Numbered from the stretch's first letter, positions 19,524 through 29,096 are shown. The stretch: DNA of 64,000 bases from Patescibacteria group bacterium (GCA_038064695.1 JBBTSO010000005.1:42070-106069), one strand, 5' to 3'. Notes: generated by a model not told the origin, from the sequence alone. Numbers and translations: made by a program.

Positions 19524-20129
19524 TTAGTGTCTCCCTGAAAGAGCACTACGGAGCGTTTCCTGGTCGGCGTACTCAATTTCAGCACCGAGCGAGAGCCCAC
19601 GTGCGGGAAGTGAAACGCGTAACGCGGGCTGTTTTTCGTTCAGTACATTTTTTATTTCTTTTGCGGTGAAGTCTCCTTCGGGAGTGGTCGCGAATGCAAG
19701 AATAACTTCCTTCACTTTTTGGTCATCGTGGAGGCGTTTCAAAAGGGCTTCAAGTCGTGGCGCTGAAGCAGTTTTGCGGTTACTCCGGAGTGGCATGAGC
19801 GCGCCGAGTACAAAGTAGTACCCTTTGTATGCGCCTGACGATTCTATACCTTCAATATCAACGTCTTTTTCTACCACCAGAAGAGTTTCCGTGTCTCGAG
19901 TTGAGTTGGCACATAGTGAACACAACACTCCTTGATGAATATCGTCAAAGCGAAAGCAGCTGCTGCACTGCTTCACGTGCGTTGCAAGTTCGCGCATTGC
20001 TTCAGAGAGTTTTTGGGGAAAGCGTTTGTCGCTCCTCAATATAAACTGCACAATGCGGCGTGCCTGGCGCGGGCCAATGCCTGGCAGCTCAGCAAAAAGA
20101 TCGGTGAGTGATTGAATCGGGTGAGTCAT
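19524..20129 (-). CDS. recR: Recombination protein RecR
   Basis: LPGIGPRQARR, C4 zinc finger, Toprim EVILA..TPEGD, EYADQETL. Confidence 0.95.
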   Translation of the reverse strand: MTHPIQSLTDLFAELPGIGPRQARRIVQFILRSDKRFPQKLSEAMRELATHVKQCSSCFRFDDIHQGVLCSLCANSTRDTETLLVVEKDVDIEGIESSGAYKGYYFVLGALMPLRSNRKTASAPRLEALLKRLHDDQKVKEVILAFATTPEGDFTAKEIKNVLNEKQPALRVSLPARGLSLGAEIEYADQETLRSALSGRH

Positions 20130-20138
20130 GAGAAATGT

Positions 20139-21536
20139 TTAGAAGTCGTCCGCGAGGCTCGCGCCACCAGCAGGTGTTGCCACCGTATGAGGAGCGTAGT
20201 TACTCTTATCAATACTGAGGAAGGTGGTGCGCTTTTCGTCAAAGTAGAGGTCAATTTTTCCAACCGCGCCGTTTCGGTGTTTTTCAATCAAAATTTCAGC
20301 AATGTTATTTTGCTCCACTTCTGAGTTCATGCGATCTTCACGGTGAATGAACATAACCACGTCAGCGTCTTGTTCAATGGCGCCTGAGTCACGGAGGTCT
20401 GAGAGGCGCGGTTTGCCACGGCGCGTTTCAACGGCACGTGAAAGTTGAGAGAGCGCCAACACAGGGACTTCTAATTCACGGGCAAGTGTTTTTAGTGAGC
20501 GAGAAATTTCAGTCACCTGTTGCACCATAGAGTCGGACGCGCGCGTGGCGGTCGGCGCCATCAACTGCAAGTAGTCCACCACCAAGAGTCCGATGCCGTG
20601 TTCACGTTTAAGCCTGCGCGCTACAGAGCGCATGGTGACGGCGTTGGTTGCCGGTTGATCGTCAATGTAAATGGGCGCCTTAGAAAGTTTTTCCATCGCG
20701 GTGCGTACTTTTTGGAAGTCTTCATCACTTTTTATTTTTCCGGTACGCAAGTCCCACGCGCTCACTTTTGCTTCAGCGGCGAGCATACGATCCACCAACT
20801 GTTGAGAGCTCATTTCAAGCGAAAAGATTCCGACAGGAGTTTGGTAGTTGATCGCCGTTTGACGCGCGATGTCCAAGGCGAGTGCTGTTTTACCCATTGA
20901 GGGGCGTGCCGCGAGAATAATAAGGTCAGAGGGTTGGAACCCCGCGAGTATTGCGTCAAGGCCAGGGAAGCCGGTAGGAACCCCACGAAGCGCGTGATCT
21001 CCGCTATGGAGCGTTTCAAAGCGATCCCATGCTTCGCCCAACATATCCTTCATAGGCACAAACTTTCGCATGGTGGGTGAGGAGGTGACTTCGCTCATAC
21101 GTTTATCAGCGGTATCCAACAGTTGTTCAATGTTTTGTGATTCGTCGTAGCCAAGTTCAGTAATGTCACCCGCGGCGTCAATTAGGGCGCGCATCATTGC
21201 TTTTTTCTGAACAATTTCAGCGTAGTATTTGAGGTTTGCCGATGAAGGCACCATACCGACAAGCTCGGCGAGGTACGCGTTGCCACCGACGCGGTCCAGT
21301 TCGTTTATTTCTTTGAGGCGGTTTGCAACCGAGAGAAGGTCGATAGGGTTTGAACCACTCATCAGGTCAATCATGGCGCGAAAAATCGCGCGGTGTTTTT
21401 CAATATAAAAAGATTCCGCGGATATAAGGTCAATGGCGTCGTACACCGCCTCTGACTTGAGCATAATGGAGCCAAGAAGCGCGCGTTCTGCTTCTAGGTT
21501 TTGAGGAGGTACACGCGCGTGGAGTGGATCGGTCAT
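20139..21536 (-). CDS. dnaB: Replicative DNA helicase DnaB
   Basis: PPQNLEAE, AARPSMGKT, DYLQLM, LSQLSR, DLRDSGAIEQDAD. Confidence 0.98.
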   Translation of the reverse strand: MTDPLHARVPPQNLEAERALLGSIMLKSEAVYDAIDLISAESFYIEKHRAIFRAMIDLMSGSNPIDLLSVANRLKEINELDRVGGNAYLAELVGMVPSSANLKYYAEIVQKKAMMRALIDAAGDITELGYDESQNIEQLLDTADKRMSEVTSSPTMRKFVPMKDMLGEAWDRFETLHSGDHALRGVPTGFPGLDAILAGFQPSDLIILAARPSMGKTALALDIARQTAINYQTPVGIFSLEMSSQQLVDRMLAAEAKVSAWDLRTGKIKSDEDFQKVRTAMEKLSKAPIYIDDQPATNAVTMRSVARRLKREHGIGLLVVDYLQLMAPTATRASDSMVQQVTEISRSLKTLARELEVPVLALSQLSRAVETRRGKPRLSDLRDSGAIEQDADVVMFIHREDRMNSEVEQNNIAEILIEKHRNGAVGKIDLYFDEKRTTFLSIDKSNYAPHTVATPAGGASLADDF

Positions 21537-21661
21537 CTCTATATTTTACCACCAGCACCACCAAAGTATGCATAGAGAAGGGGAGCGGCTTAGGAACAGC
21601 TTTATCCACGGTGTTATTAAGATTTGACAACCGTTATTTTTAATGTAATTTAAATACTATT

Positions 21662-21793
21662 ATGTCCGTCATTAGTGCACACGAAAAACCCCGAGTAGGT
21701 GACCCTACCTTTACCACCATTCAAGCATCTTTATGGATTGCCGTTATCGGTGCAATTTGTGTTGGTGCTGCCTTTAAAATGATTGACTCTTAA
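21662..21793 (+). CDS. Probable 43-aa single-TM microprotein (not in ORF track)
   Basis: MSVISAHEKPRVGDPTFTTIQASLWIAVIGAICVGAAFKMIDS*, TTGACA at 21624 upstream, fills the dnaB-corA gap. Confidence 0.45.
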   Translation: MSVISAHEKPRVGDPTFTTIQASLWIAVIGAICVGAAFKMIDS

Positions 21794-21818
21794 AGGTTAG
21801 ACTTGAAATGATTTAGAG

Positions 21819-22733
21819 TTAAAACCACTTTTTTAGTTTAAAGTACGTAAAGAAGAGGAGGGTCAAAACAACCATACCGCCGACGATAATCCAAAAACCA
21901 TTGGGGTCGTTCACCACGGGGGTGTATGCGGTGTTCATGCCAAACACTGCCGCAATAACAGACAGCGGAAAGGTGAGGAAGGCCACTATGGTGAGATTTT
22001 TGGTGATTTCGTTTTGGCGCGTAAACAACAATGCCATGTTTGTATCGCGAAGTTCGGTGACAATGTCGTTCATAATGAGCGCGCGGTTGTGGACGCGGTA
22101 GTGGAGTGTGTTGGCAGCGCGAACGTACCGGCTCATCTCGTTTCCAAAAAGTGTCGCTACCGCTTTTTCAAACGCTTCCAAAATTTCGTGGTGAGTGCCG
22201 AGCAGGCGCTTGTGCATTAAGAGTTCACGTGAGGCAAACGAAAGCGCGGTAACCATTTTTCGCTCTTTTCCGCTGAAAATATTTTCTTCTATGGTTTCAA
22301 TGGTATCCTCTAGCGCGTCCAACTCATGGTCGGCGGCTTGGTAGAGACGCTGCGTGAGCTCAAGAAATATGAGTCCCGTTGGAGTTGCCGTGTCCTGATT
22401 TTTCCGCAGACTTGCGGCTTCCAGCGCTTTGGCGAGGTCAAAGGTGGCACTCGCGGTCGCGTAGTGTGTCGTAATAATAAAATCTTTTCCAAATACAATG
22501 TCAATTTCATGGTTTGCCTCAAGGCCGTGGGTGTAGCGAAGCGCGGGGAAGTGAAGTACCGCGTATACAAACCCAGGAAACACGTCCAAACGCGGTTTTG
22601 CGGTTGGCGTGACGAGTTCGTCAATTAAAATCTCTCCAAGGTCAAACTCATTTGAAATTGAAACAACTTCATCAATGGTGGGGTTTTCAATATCAACCCA
22701 TTTCACGCCACCGTGTTCGTATCGCGTAATCAT
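21819..22733 (-). CDS. corA: CorA family Mg2+/Co2+ transporter
   Basis: WVDIENPT, C-terminal two TMs with FGMN; start moved to ATG 22733. Confidence 0.88.
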   Translation of the reverse strand: MITRYEHGGVKWVDIENPTIDEVVSISNEFDLGEILIDELVTPTAKPRLDVFPGFVYAVLHFPALRYTHGLEANHEIDIVFGKDFIITTHYATASATFDLAKALEAASLRKNQDTATPTGLIFLELTQRLYQAADHELDALEDTIETIEENIFSGKERKMVTALSFASRELLMHKRLLGTHHEILEAFEKAVATLFGNEMSRYVRAANTLHYRVHNRALIMNDIVTELRDTNMALLFTRQNEITKNLTIVAFLTFPLSVIAAVFGMNTAYTPVVNDPNGFWIIVGGMVVLTLLFFTYFKLKKWF

Positions 22734-22795
22734 TATCACTAAAGTATACCCCAGAGTACGTGCGCGCCAGTGTTTGGTATGGCACAATGCTGTGT

Positions 22796-24016
22796 ATGTT
22801 GTTTCATCCTGAACAGTCAGAAAAAAAGTTTTTTCTCGCGCTCTTTTTCGGCGCTCTCTTGGTGTTTGGTGGTGGCGTATACGTGGGTGCGGTGAACGCG
22901 CCCTATGTGGGGGCTACCGAGGTTTCCGCTGTTCCTCCTGAAAACGTTGATTTTGCTCCGCTCTACAAATCGTGGCGCATTTTGGAAGAAAACTTTGTAA
23001 CGGCAACCACTACCGCAAGTAGTACTGAAGAAGAGCGCATGTGGGGTGCTATTGAAGGCTTAGCGCGTTCCTACGGAGACGACTATACCGTTTTTTTTAG
23101 ACCAGAACAAAAGGAAATTTTTGAAAGTGAAATTCGAGGTGATTTCCAGGGGGTTGGTATGGAAATTGGTGTCCGCGACGAAGTACTCACCGTGATCGCG
23201 CCCCTTAAAGACACTCCTGCCTATAGGGCGGGAATAAAGAGCGGGGATAAAATTTTGGAAATTGATGGCGAGAGTACCGAGGGGCTTACGACCGAAAGCG
23301 CGGTAAAAAAAATTCGTGGTGAGCAGGGGACGACGGTGGTGTTTACCATTTCGCGCGACGGAGGAGCTCCCTTTGAGGTGTCTGTGGTGCGCGACGTTAT
23401 AACCTTACCTACGTTGGATACGGAGCTCACTTCCGACGGAGTGTTCATTATCCGCCTCTACAGTTTCAACGCGCTTGCGCCGCAACTGTTTAGAGACGCA
23501 CTGAGTGAATTTGCAAACGCGCAAACCGACAAAATGATTCTTGACCTTCGGGGCAACCCGGGAGGATATTTGGAAGTTGCTGTTGATATCGCGAGCTGGT
23601 ACCTACCCGTGGGGAAAGCAGTGGTGATTGAAGATTACCAAGATGAAACAAAAAATAACGTGCACCGAAGTCGCGGATACGATGTTTTCACTGACCAACT
23701 AAAACTTGTCATTTTAGTTGACGAAGGTTCAGCATCGGCGTCTGAAATTTTGGCAGGGGCTCTGAGTGAGCATGGAGTGGCAACATTGATTGGAGCAAAA
23801 ACGTTTGGTAAAGGTTCAGTGCAACAGGTGTTCCCTGTTACCGACACGACCGCGCTTAAAATTACTATTGCGCGCTGGCTCACACCAAATGAAACCTCTA
23901 TTTCAGATGGGGGTATTACTCCGGATATAGAAATTGAAATTACTGAAGAAGACCGTGAAGCAGAGCGCGATCCTCAGTTTGAAAGAGCGGTACAGTTTCT
24001 GCTTCAAGGGAACTAG
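22796..24016 (+). CDS. S41 family C-terminal processing peptidase
   Basis: PDZ domain, DLRGNPGG, SASASEI, TFGKGSVQ. Confidence 0.93.
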   Translation: MLFHPEQSEKKFFLALFFGALLVFGGGVYVGAVNAPYVGATEVSAVPPENVDFAPLYKSWRILEENFVTATTTASSTEEERMWGAIEGLARSYGDDYTVFFRPEQKEIFESEIRGDFQGVGMEIGVRDEVLTVIAPLKDTPAYRAGIKSGDKILEIDGESTEGLTTESAVKKIRGEQGTTVVFTISRDGGAPFEVSVVRDVITLPTLDTELTSDGVFIIRLYSFNALAPQLFRDALSEFANAQTDKMILDLRGNPGGYLEVAVDIASWYLPVGKAVVIEDYQDETKNNVHRSRGYDVFTDQLKLVILVDEGSASASEILAGALSEHGVATLIGAKTFGKGSVQQVFPVTDTTALKITIARWLTPNETSISDGGITPDIEIEITEEDREAERDPQFERAVQFLLQGN

Positions 24017-24021
24017 GCAGT

Positions 24022-24456
24022 ATGAAAATTATTTTATTAAAGGATGTAAAAAAGGTAGGGCGTAAAGATGAAATTGTAGACGTTTCTAACGGGTACGCGC
24101 AAAACGTGCTTTTACCACAGAAGCTGGGCATTCCCGCAACACCAGACCAAGTAGCGCGCCTAAAAAAACAAGAGGGAAGCGTGATAGAAAAGAAAGCGTA
24201 CGGTGAAGCGCTCCTTACAAAAAGTATAAACGAACTTCGTGGTCAGCGCGTGGTCATTCGCGCGCGTTCAAACGAACAGGGAACACTGTTTCAAACAATT
24301 CATGCGAAGGAAATAGCCGCAGAAATTAAAAAAACACTCCGAGTGGAAATTCCCGAAGATACGCTCGACGTAGAACCCATAAAAAAAACGGGTGAGTATC
24401 CACTCACTGCCCGTTCTTCCTCCGCCAGCGCTCCTTTTACGCTTAGGATTGAGTAG
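24022..24456 (+). CDS. rplI: 50S ribosomal protein L9
   Basis: MKIILLKDV..VG...EIVDVSNGYAQNVLLP, PIKKTG. Confidence 0.93.
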   Translation: MKIILLKDVKKVGRKDEIVDVSNGYAQNVLLPQKLGIPATPDQVARLKKQEGSVIEKKAYGEALLTKSINELRGQRVVIRARSNEQGTLFQTIHAKEIAAEIKKTLRVEIPEDTLDVEPIKKTGEYPLTARSSSASAPFTLRIE

Positions 24457-24982
24457 TGTCTTCTTCAGCTTCTTTCTTTTTCTTTCGAGGTGGAAATAGT
24501 TTTTCCCACATACGCTGAGCAAATCCAATGGTTCTTGTTTGGACTTCTTTTTCTGCGCGTTTTCTTCCCATTATCATTGCGGAAGAAATAATACTCATTA
24601 GCACTTTTGAACCTTTCACCAAACCAACAAATTTTTGAACGTTCATAGCAATAATTCCAATCGTTCCATACCCTGGTGCCTCTTCAATAGGAACATCAAG
24701 TACCCAGTATGCGGCAAATGTAAGAGCACCAAATGCGAACGCGGTGTTTGTTGCGCGTTCTCGCATCTGGAGTTTACGCTTTTTCTTTGGAAGTTCTTCG
24801 CCGTCTCCAGAGTTTTGTTGAGCATCTCGAGGTACGCTTTGAAGAATGTGTGAAGCTCCCCGTTCTTGATAGGGAAGTATGGTTGGAAGATCCGTAGCGG
24901 CAAGTGCTCCTTCTGGCGCAGGTGTTTTTATCGCTTTATTTTGTAAAGCTTCCGACGTGCCTTCTTTTGTCTTGAATGACAT
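24443..24982 (-). CDS. Hypothetical membrane protein
   Basis: 179 aa with central hydrophobic helices; TATAAT upstream. Confidence 0.6.
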   Translation of the reverse strand: MSFKTKEGTSEALQNKAIKTPAPEGALAATDLPTILPYQERGASHILQSVPRDAQQNSGDGEELPKKKRKLQMRERATNTAFAFGALTFAAYWVLDVPIEEAPGYGTIGIIAMNVQKFVGLVKGSKVLMSIISSAMIMGRKRAEKEVQTRTIGFAQRMWEKLFPPRKKKKEAEEDTTQS

Positions 24983-25026
24983 AGTGATTAGTATTATAAC
25001 ACAACAAAGATACTTTTGTCAATAAA

Positions 25027-25053
25027 CAAAAACCCGCTTTGAAGCGGGTTTTT
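25027..25053 (-). terminator. Terminator after rpmA
   Basis: AAAAACCCGCTT-tg-AAGCGGGTTTTT. Confidence 0.8.
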
Positions 25054-25071
25054 AAAAGGAGTGCAGGTGGT

Positions 25072-25344
25072 TTATTTAACGTCTACCACTTTACGGGTGG
25101 TGGTTGAACCGTCAAAGCGAGTTTTTCGTGCTGTTCGGAAAGAAACCACGCCAGCAATTTTTGAAAAAAGAGTGTGATCTTTACCCATATCAACGCCCAG
25201 TCCCGCCATAAATTTAGTGCCTCTCTGGCGCACAATAATGCTTCCTGGCTGCGCCTTTTGACCCTGAGCGAGTTTAACGCCCAGGTACTTTGGATTTGAA
25301 TCGGTTAGGTTTTTTGCCGAACCCGCGGCTTTCTTGGTTGCCAT
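25072..25344 (-). CDS. rpmA: 50S ribosomal protein L27
   Basis: [37 protein letters not shown]. Confidence 0.97.
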   Translation of the reverse strand: MATKKAAGSAKNLTDSNPKYLGVKLAQGQKAQPGSIIVRQRGTKFMAGLGVDMGKDHTLFSKIAGVVSFRTARKTRFDGSTTTRKVVDVK

Positions 25345-25350
25345 ATGAAT

Positions 25351-25385
25351 TAGGTTCTAGGTTCTAGGTGTTAGGTTCTAGAAAA
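25351..25385. repeat. Heptamer tandem array (TAGGTTC) upstream of rpmA
   Basis: taggttc taggttc taggtgt taggttc tagaaaa. Confidence 0.8.
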
Positions 25386-25417
25386 GAAACAAAACACTGC
25401 TACACTAGGTAAAAGAT

Positions 25418-25801
25418 ATGATACAAAATATTCTTGAAAAAATCAAGGAGTTTCCCCGTGAATATTGGAATGACCTCTTCGTTATTGGGGTCATTTTGGT
25501 GGTGTCTCTAGCCTCATTTGGTTTGGGCAGACTATCGGTCCTCTACACGGAGAAAGAAGAAGAATTTGCGATTTCCTACGTACCGCAGGTTCCTTCTGAG
25601 TCTATTCCACAGGTGGCTGGAGTAGAGGCAGCAACCCCAACAGCACAGGTGTATGTGGCTTCAAAATTGGGTTCTAAATACCACTTGCCGTGGTGTTCGG
25701 GCGCGCAAACTATGAAAGAGGAAAACAAAATTTATTTTAATAGTAAAGCAGAAGCGGAGGCAGCGGGGTACACCCCGGCTCTTAATTGTAAGGGGATATA
25801 A
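25418..25801 (+). CDS. Membrane protein with C-terminal Ada-like metal-binding domain
   Basis: TM, then YVASKLGSKYHLPWC..FNSKAEAEAAGYTPALNC. Confidence 0.75.
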   Translation: MIQNILEKIKEFPREYWNDLFVIGVILVVSLASFGLGRLSVLYTEKEEEFAISYVPQVPSESIPQVAGVEAATPTAQVYVASKLGSKYHLPWCSGAQTMKEENKIYFNSKAEAEAAGYTPALNCKGI

Positions 25802-25876
25802 CAAACAACACAGAGCAATGAGCATTCGGGTTATCACTGTTATACGCTATGTGTTATTGTTTCCTTGAGTCTCTCT

Positions 25877-26488
25877 ATGATTGTCCTTGATATTGAAGCT
25901 TCAGGAACAGATCCTCATAAACACTCCATTGTTTCCATTGGCGCGCTTGATTTTGATAATCCCGATAACCATTTTTATGACGAGTGTCAGGTGTGGGAAG
26001 GCGCGCACATAGACGACGAGGCGCTCGAGGTCAATGGCTTTACCGAGAATGAAATTACTGATTCTTCCAAAAAAACGGAAGAGGAAGTTGTCCGCGCATT
26101 TATTGGGTGGGCAAAAGATCTTCGCGATTGGACGATAGTAGGGCAAAACCCATCGTTTGATCGCAATTTTTTGCAAGCGGCGTGCGGCCGGGCACATATT
26201 GAATTTCCGTTCGCGCACCGCACGCTTGATACCCATACGCTTGCGTATATGCATATGGTGAAGCGGAACCTCACTCCACCGTTTGACAGTGAAAGACACC
26301 GCACCGCGCTTACCCTGGATAGCATTTTGCAGTACTGCGGAATCCCTGAAGAGCCTTCACCGCATAATGCCCTCACGGGGGCCATGAGCCATGCTGAAGT
26401 AGCGTCGCGACTCCTGTATGACCGAGGTCTTTTATCAGAGTTTGAAATGTTTCCGATTCCTTGGACCGTGAGGAAAATTGCAGAATAG
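25877..26488 (+). CDS. DEDDh 3'-5' exonuclease (DnaQ/RNase T-like)
   Basis: LDIEASG, GQNPSFD, LDTH, HNALTGA. Confidence 0.85.
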   Translation: MIVLDIEASGTDPHKHSIVSIGALDFDNPDNHFYDECQVWEGAHIDDEALEVNGFTENEITDSSKKTEEEVVRAFIGWAKDLRDWTIVGQNPSFDRNFLQAACGRAHIEFPFAHRTLDTHTLAYMHMVKRNLTPPFDSERHRTALTLDSILQYCGIPEEPSPHNALTGAMSHAEVASRLLYDRGLLSEFEMFPIPWTVRKIAE

Positions 26489-26511
26489 ACACCGTGCTAT
26501 AGTTTTTTGAT

Positions 26512-27231
26512 ATGGATGATCAAAAACCACTGATGCAAACGCCCGAGGAGCACCGTTTGGAAGCGGAGCTTCGTGTATGCGACCCGGAAAAAGTAGGTCG
26601 CGCTAAAGAGATAGAAGAAGCGCGGGTCATGCGCATGGGCACTGAACTGGCTGAAGGGTTTGCTCTTTTACGCAAATATCGCCTCGGGGCAACGTTCTTT
26701 GGTTCCGCGCGGTGTTCAATTGGCGATGATATTTATGAGTCGGCACGTGCGCTCGCCGAAAAATTAGCACAGTCTGGGTTTGCAATCATCACTGGCGGGG
26801 GTGGGGGAGTTATGGAAGCAGCAAACAAAGGAGCGTATGAGGTAGAAGGGGGGATGTCGGTGGGACTCAACATTAAACTTCCCCACGAACAGATCCCAAA
26901 CGGGTACGTTACGGAGAGCAAAACCTTCAATTACTTCTTCAGTCGAAAAGTGATTCTCACGTTTGCTGCTGAAGTCTATATTTACTTTCCCGGGGGTTTT
27001 GGTACCTTCGATGAGCTTTTTGAAATATTGACCCTTATTCAAACGAAGAAAATAAAGCAAGTTCCTGTGGTTTTATATGGAAAAATCTTCTGGGAGCCGG
27101 TCATTTCGTTACTCAAAAAACACCTTCTGGAGGCGTATAAAACCGTTGATGAGGCCGATTTAAGTCTGTTTAAGGTAGTTGATTCAGTTGAAGAAGCGCA
27201 TACGTATATTCTAGATTCGGTAAGGTGCTAA
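26512..27231 (+). CDS. LOG family nucleotide phosphoribohydrolase
   Basis: FFGSAR, TGGGGGVMEAANKGA, PGGFGTFDE. Confidence 0.92.
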   Translation: MDDQKPLMQTPEEHRLEAELRVCDPEKVGRAKEIEEARVMRMGTELAEGFALLRKYRLGATFFGSARCSIGDDIYESARALAEKLAQSGFAIITGGGGGVMEAANKGAYEVEGGMSVGLNIKLPHEQIPNGYVTESKTFNYFFSRKVILTFAAEVYIYFPGGFGTFDELFEILTLIQTKKIKQVPVVLYGKIFWEPVISLLKKHLLEAYKTVDEADLSLFKVVDSVEEAHTYILDSVRC

Positions 27232-27361
27232 AGCACCTTGCTCACTGCCTCGGTTCGGGAGTCTTTTTTTGAAAAAAAGATTTCCCTCACTTTACGTTGT
27301 GAGTAAAATGTTAAATACGGCTTTATAGAGCCATATTTTAATAAAAAAGCAAAATACAATC

Positions 27362-27390
27362 TTGACATAGTTTGTCAAGTATGCTACAAT
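27362..27390 (+). promoter_or_regulatory. Near-consensus sigma70 promoter with overlapping palindrome
   Basis: TTGACA-17-TACAAT with extended -10 TG; palindrome CTTGACA-N5-TGTCAAG. Confidence 0.7.
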
Positions 27391-27513
27391 GGGCTCTCAA
27401 AGGAGCCCCACTCAGGGGCTTTTTTTGTTGGCTCGACTTAGTCCGAACCGCGTCTGGTGAATTAGGATTTAAAGCACTTGTGCTAGATCCTCAGAAGCTA
27501 AACGCACAAAACA

Positions 27514-27918
27514 ATGTTTATTCCAGTCATTATATTCCTTGCCAGTGCTACCTTTGGGGCGCCTACCGCGCTTTCTCAAAGTGAAAGTTACGCATTGGCT
27601 TCGAATCCTGAAACCCTCGGTGCGTACGTTCGTGAGTACTTCAGTGACACTCCTCTCTTGGCAGATATCGCATGGTGCGAAAGCCGCATGCGCCACTTGG
27701 ATAAGAATGGTCAGGTACTCCGCGGAACCGTAGACGGGGATGATGTTGGGGTGATGCAAATCAATACCCGATACCATGGGGAGAAAGCAGAAGAGCTCGG
27801 ACTCAACCTTTACTCGCTCCAGGGCAACCTAGAGTACGCAGAGTATCTCTACGAGAAGCAGGGCTCTAAGCCTTGGCTCGCCTCAAGCCCTTGTTGGGGT
27901 AAGCTAGCCGCAAAATAA
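27514..27918 (+). CDS. Secreted lysozyme-like / lytic transglycosylase domain protein
   Basis: Signal peptide; IAWCES (catalytic Glu), DVGVMQIN, NLEYAEYLYEKQG..PW. Confidence 0.8.
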   Translation: MFIPVIIFLASATFGAPTALSQSESYALASNPETLGAYVREYFSDTPLLADIAWCESRMRHLDKNGQVLRGTVDGDDVGVMQINTRYHGEKAEELGLNLYSLQGNLEYAEYLYEKQGSKPWLASSPCWGKLAAK

Positions 27919-27926
27919 AACTAACA

Positions 27927-27957
27927 TAAAAACCTCCCCGTGTGGGGAGGTTTTTTT
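27927..27957. terminator. Bidirectional terminator
   Basis: AAAAAACCTCCCC-gtgt-GGGGAGGTTTTTT. Confidence 0.85.
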
Positions 27958-27980
27958 AATGCGGACAAGAAAAACAATAC

Positions 27981-28394
27981 TTATGCCATGGGCATTTCTT
28001 TTTTCATCATTTTCGCGTCAACACTGTAACGGCCAGCGCCTGACACAACAACGTAGAACATACCACCTGCAATAGCAAGGTTCTTCATAAACATCGTGCT
28101 CTGGAGTTGGTCAGCAAGGTTCATGTGGAAGAGGAACGCGGCGAGCAAAGTAAAAATACCTATTGCTAGCGCGGCGTATTTTGTTTTGAATCCTACCAAC
28201 AACATAATGCCTCCAATAAGTTCAATCACGATAACAAGTGCGGTAACGACCTCCGGGAAGGGAAGTACGGTACCAACCCAGGCAACGATAGCTACAAAAC
28301 CACCAATCTTTGCCCATCCTGCTGAAATAAAAATTAACGACATCAACACGCGCGAAACAAGCATCACCTCATCAGAATATTTTTTAATCATCAT
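27981..28394 (-). CDS. DoxX family membrane protein
   Basis: RVLMSLIFISAGWAK, ELIGG, FMKNLAIAGG, GAGRYSVD. Confidence 0.9.
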   Translation of the reverse strand: MMIKKYSDEVMLVSRVLMSLIFISAGWAKIGGFVAIVAWVGTVLPFPEVVTALVIVIELIGGIMLLVGFKTKYAALAIGIFTLLAAFLFHMNLADQLQSTMFMKNLAIAGGMFYVVVSGAGRYSVDAKMMKKEMPMA

Positions 28395-28466
28395 ATTTTT
28401 TAATTTTTAATACCCCTTTATTGTACAGGAAGAACTCAAGGGAAGGGGTTTCTTCAAGATAGATAA

Positions 28467-28494
28467 TGTTCGCACAATATATCTTTTGCGCACT
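28467..28494 (-). other. Candidate dif-like Xer recombination site (11-6-11)
   Basis: Minus strand AGTGCGCAAAA-GATATA-TTGTGCGAACA; left arm 9/11 to the E. coli XerC arm GGTGCGCATAA. Confidence 0.4.
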
Positions 28495-28727
28495 TTATAC
28501 AGAGAAAGAATTTCCCATAAACTGCGCAAAAAATGGCATCATTTCGCGAACGTTGGTACAACTACGCGAAAGGAATTACGCGCAGGTAAGGGAGTTTTGT
28601 GTATATCCCCGCTAAGAGATTGGTAGCAATAAAATGTCTAAGATAGAATTCTTGAACCTCTTCCCCAGTTTGTATAGATATTTGACTATTTTATAAAAAT
28701 GTGTTATTTATATAAAAGTAATATTAT

Positions 28728-29096
28728 ATGTCTGCTGAAGGACCATGCCAAGATTGTAAACGCGAAAAAAGTGAAGCTTTTTGGGCTCGCTTACTCCCTT
28801 TTTTAAATTTCATTAAATGGCCTGTATGGATTGGTGCTGCTTTAATAGCAACGAAGGCCGTGTATACCCTTCGCCAAAACCCTCAACACTTTTCTGACAT
28901 TCAAGAAGAAGTAGCAGACGGAGTTACTTCGTCGTTTTCTGCCGCGGCCTCATCAGTCCGTAACGCATTTGTTGAAGCACTTGATCCGGTTGCGCAGCTT
29001 CTGATGCATTCTACTTTTTTTGCTCTTGGCGGCATTGGGATTGCACTGGTTGCTAACTTTTTTCACCAAGCACGGCCAAACAGCGAACGGTCGTAG
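28728..29096 (+). CDS. Hypothetical two-TM protein
   Basis: 122 aa, upstream TTGACT-17-TATTTA. Confidence 0.55.
   Translation: MSAEGPCQDCKREKSEAFWARLLPFLNFIKWPVWIGAALIATKAVYTLRQNPQHFSDIQEEVADGVTSSFSAAASSVRNAFVEALDPVAQLLMHSTFFALGGIGIALVANFFHQARPNSERS

Noticed and set aside
21595-21660. Replication origin upstream of dnaB
   Set aside because: Only one imperfect DnaA box, no dnaA/dnaN, and flanking gene orientation converges rather than diverges
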